Below, one piece after another: positions 34,525 to 35,529 of a stretch of DNA of 35,529 bases (positions are counted from its first letter, which is position 1; each line of letters starts with the position of its first letter). The position numbers were made by a program, and so were the translations under genes. The notes under the pieces are model-generated. The model was not told the origin of the DNA, did not search any database, and saw only the letters and a program-made list of their open reading frames with translations. The DNA lies in the IMG/VR virus record IMGVR_UViG_3300043618_000010, positions 1-35,529 of that record. One strand, 5' to 3'. This DNA comes from a virus (lineage: Duplodnaviria; Caudoviricetes).

Positions 34525-34759
34525 TCTCGGTCCTCTCGGGTAGGGCGGCACGGAGGCGGTCGAGGGCTCCGGCGTGGTCGCGGAAGTCGGGGAAAACGGC
34601 AGTGACGCGGGTGCGGAGGTCTTCGGCGGAGACGACGACCAGGCCTTCCCCATCGAGCGCCGCAAGCACGGCGCGGGCCATGCGAGGCGGGGCGTCAGTG
34701 CCGGTGCGCGGCCCTTCGTACAGGCCGATGGCGACCTCGATCACACGCTCGGGGGTCAC
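34517..34759 (-). CDS. Hypothetical protein
   Basis: 80 aa, coupled to neighbours. Confidence 0.65.
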   Translation of the reverse strand: MTPERVIEVAIGLYEGPRTGTDAPPRMARAVLAALDGEGLVVVSAEDLRTRVTAVFPDFRDHAGALDRLRAALPERTENG

Positions 34760-35091
34760 GGGGCTTCTCCGATCTGGCGGGCGGGAGGGTTCTCGATCTC
34801 GTCGGCGAGCGCTTCCAGATCCATGGAAAGGGCCGTGACGTTGTGCCCCTCTAGCCGTGGGTGCCGCTTCATGAAGGCGTACAGGCCGACGTAGCCGCCG
34901 TTGAACTCCCAGCGGGCCAACGTGCGGATCTGTTCGGCGGTCTCTCGCCGTACCTGTGCGGTCCAGGCTGGAGCAGCAGCCTCCAGGGCCGCATGGGCGA
35001 GCGGCTCAGCTTCCTTGCGCGGGCTCACCTTGTACACCTCTGTCAGCGCCTCGGCTGCGGCTTGTACGGCTTCCGCTGGCAGGTCAGACAC
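34756..35091 (-). CDS. Hypothetical protein
   Basis: LPAEAVQAAAEAL...AHAALEAAAPAW; coupled. Confidence 0.7.
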   Translation of the reverse strand: MSDLPAEAVQAAAEALTEVYKVSPRKEAEPLAHAALEAAAPAWTAQVRRETAEQIRTLARWEFNGGYVGLYAFMKRHPRLEGHNVTALSMDLEALADEIENPPARQIGEAP

Positions 35092-35323
35092 GATCCCTCC
35101 CCCTCACCAGGCGGTAGGCGAACAGCGCGGGGCGGCTGTAGCCGATGAGGTCCCACAGTTCCCGCCAGGGGGACGGTTCCACCCCGCCGAGCCAGTCGGC
35201 GGCCCCATGTAGCCACTGCGGAGAGATGTCGAACAGCCAGGGCGGGACAGAGAACCGGCCCATGTACGTGTACCAGCGGCCCAGACGCGGCGGCCTGCTG
35301 GCTTCCGCTGGGATGTCAGGCAT
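35084..35323 (-). CDS. Hypothetical Trp-rich protein
   Basis: 79 aa, SD GGAG, overlaps neighbours. Confidence 0.55.
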   Translation of the reverse strand: MPDIPAEASRPPRLGRWYTYMGRFSVPPWLFDISPQWLHGAADWLGGVEPSPWRELWDLIGYSRPALFAYRLVRGRDRV

Positions 35324-35504
35324 CGGCCATCTCCAGGTCTCGAACGGTGCGCGGGGCGACCATCAAGGGGCAGTCGTGCCCGTCGTGGATGAAGCAGGCG
35401 GAGCAGTACGCGTCCCCTACCGCGACCTCTTCGACGTGGTACTGGCAGACGGGCACATCGCCGTGGACGTGCTCGTGAACGCAGCCAGCCGTAGCAGTGA
35501 TCAC
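35316..35504 (-). CDS. Small Cys/His-rich protein
   Basis: CVHEH...CQYH...CSAC...HDC. Confidence 0.6.
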   Translation of the reverse strand: MITATAGCVHEHVHGDVPVCQYHVEEVAVGDAYCSACFIHDGHDCPLMVAPRTVRDLEMADA

Positions 35505-35529
35505 CGCTTGCTGACCGCACGTGCCGTCG

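Noticed and set aside
1-35529. Integrase, att site, tRNA, endolysin
   Set aside because: None recognised in this window, so prophage versus free phage cannot be decided.

Overview
The whole window is part of a high-GC actinobacterial siphovirus genome or prophage, almost entirely on the minus strand. Right to left it holds: small early/middle genes; a Zn-finger regulator followed by a promoter, terminator and HTH gene; a ~7 kb two-part fibre/appendage cassette ending in a SAM methyltransferase; a packaging HNH, a cos-like region, terminase, portal, MuF-like protein, scaffold, decoration protein and major capsid; a free-standing HNH homing endonuclease; head-tail joining genes interrupted by a GT4 glycosyltransferase; the major tail protein, frameshifting tail chaperones, tape measure and minor tail proteins. 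Main observations: (1) an ORF missing from the ORF track (638 to <1) in which a LAGLIDADG intein follows a 52-aa coiled-coil, apparently non-enzymatic N-extein; (2) repeated hairpins on the late mRNA whose loops are complementary to nearby downstream sequence, often a ribosome-binding region, plus a GACCCGCGCATG start-associated motif; (3) a modular fibre system with paired acidic and basic repeat shafts, paralogous adaptors and plug-in tips; (4) covarying twin hairpins before terS and scaffold; (5) a LexA-box-preceded antisense gene; (6) an RNAP alpha-CTD-like protein. All calls were made by eye, without database searches.
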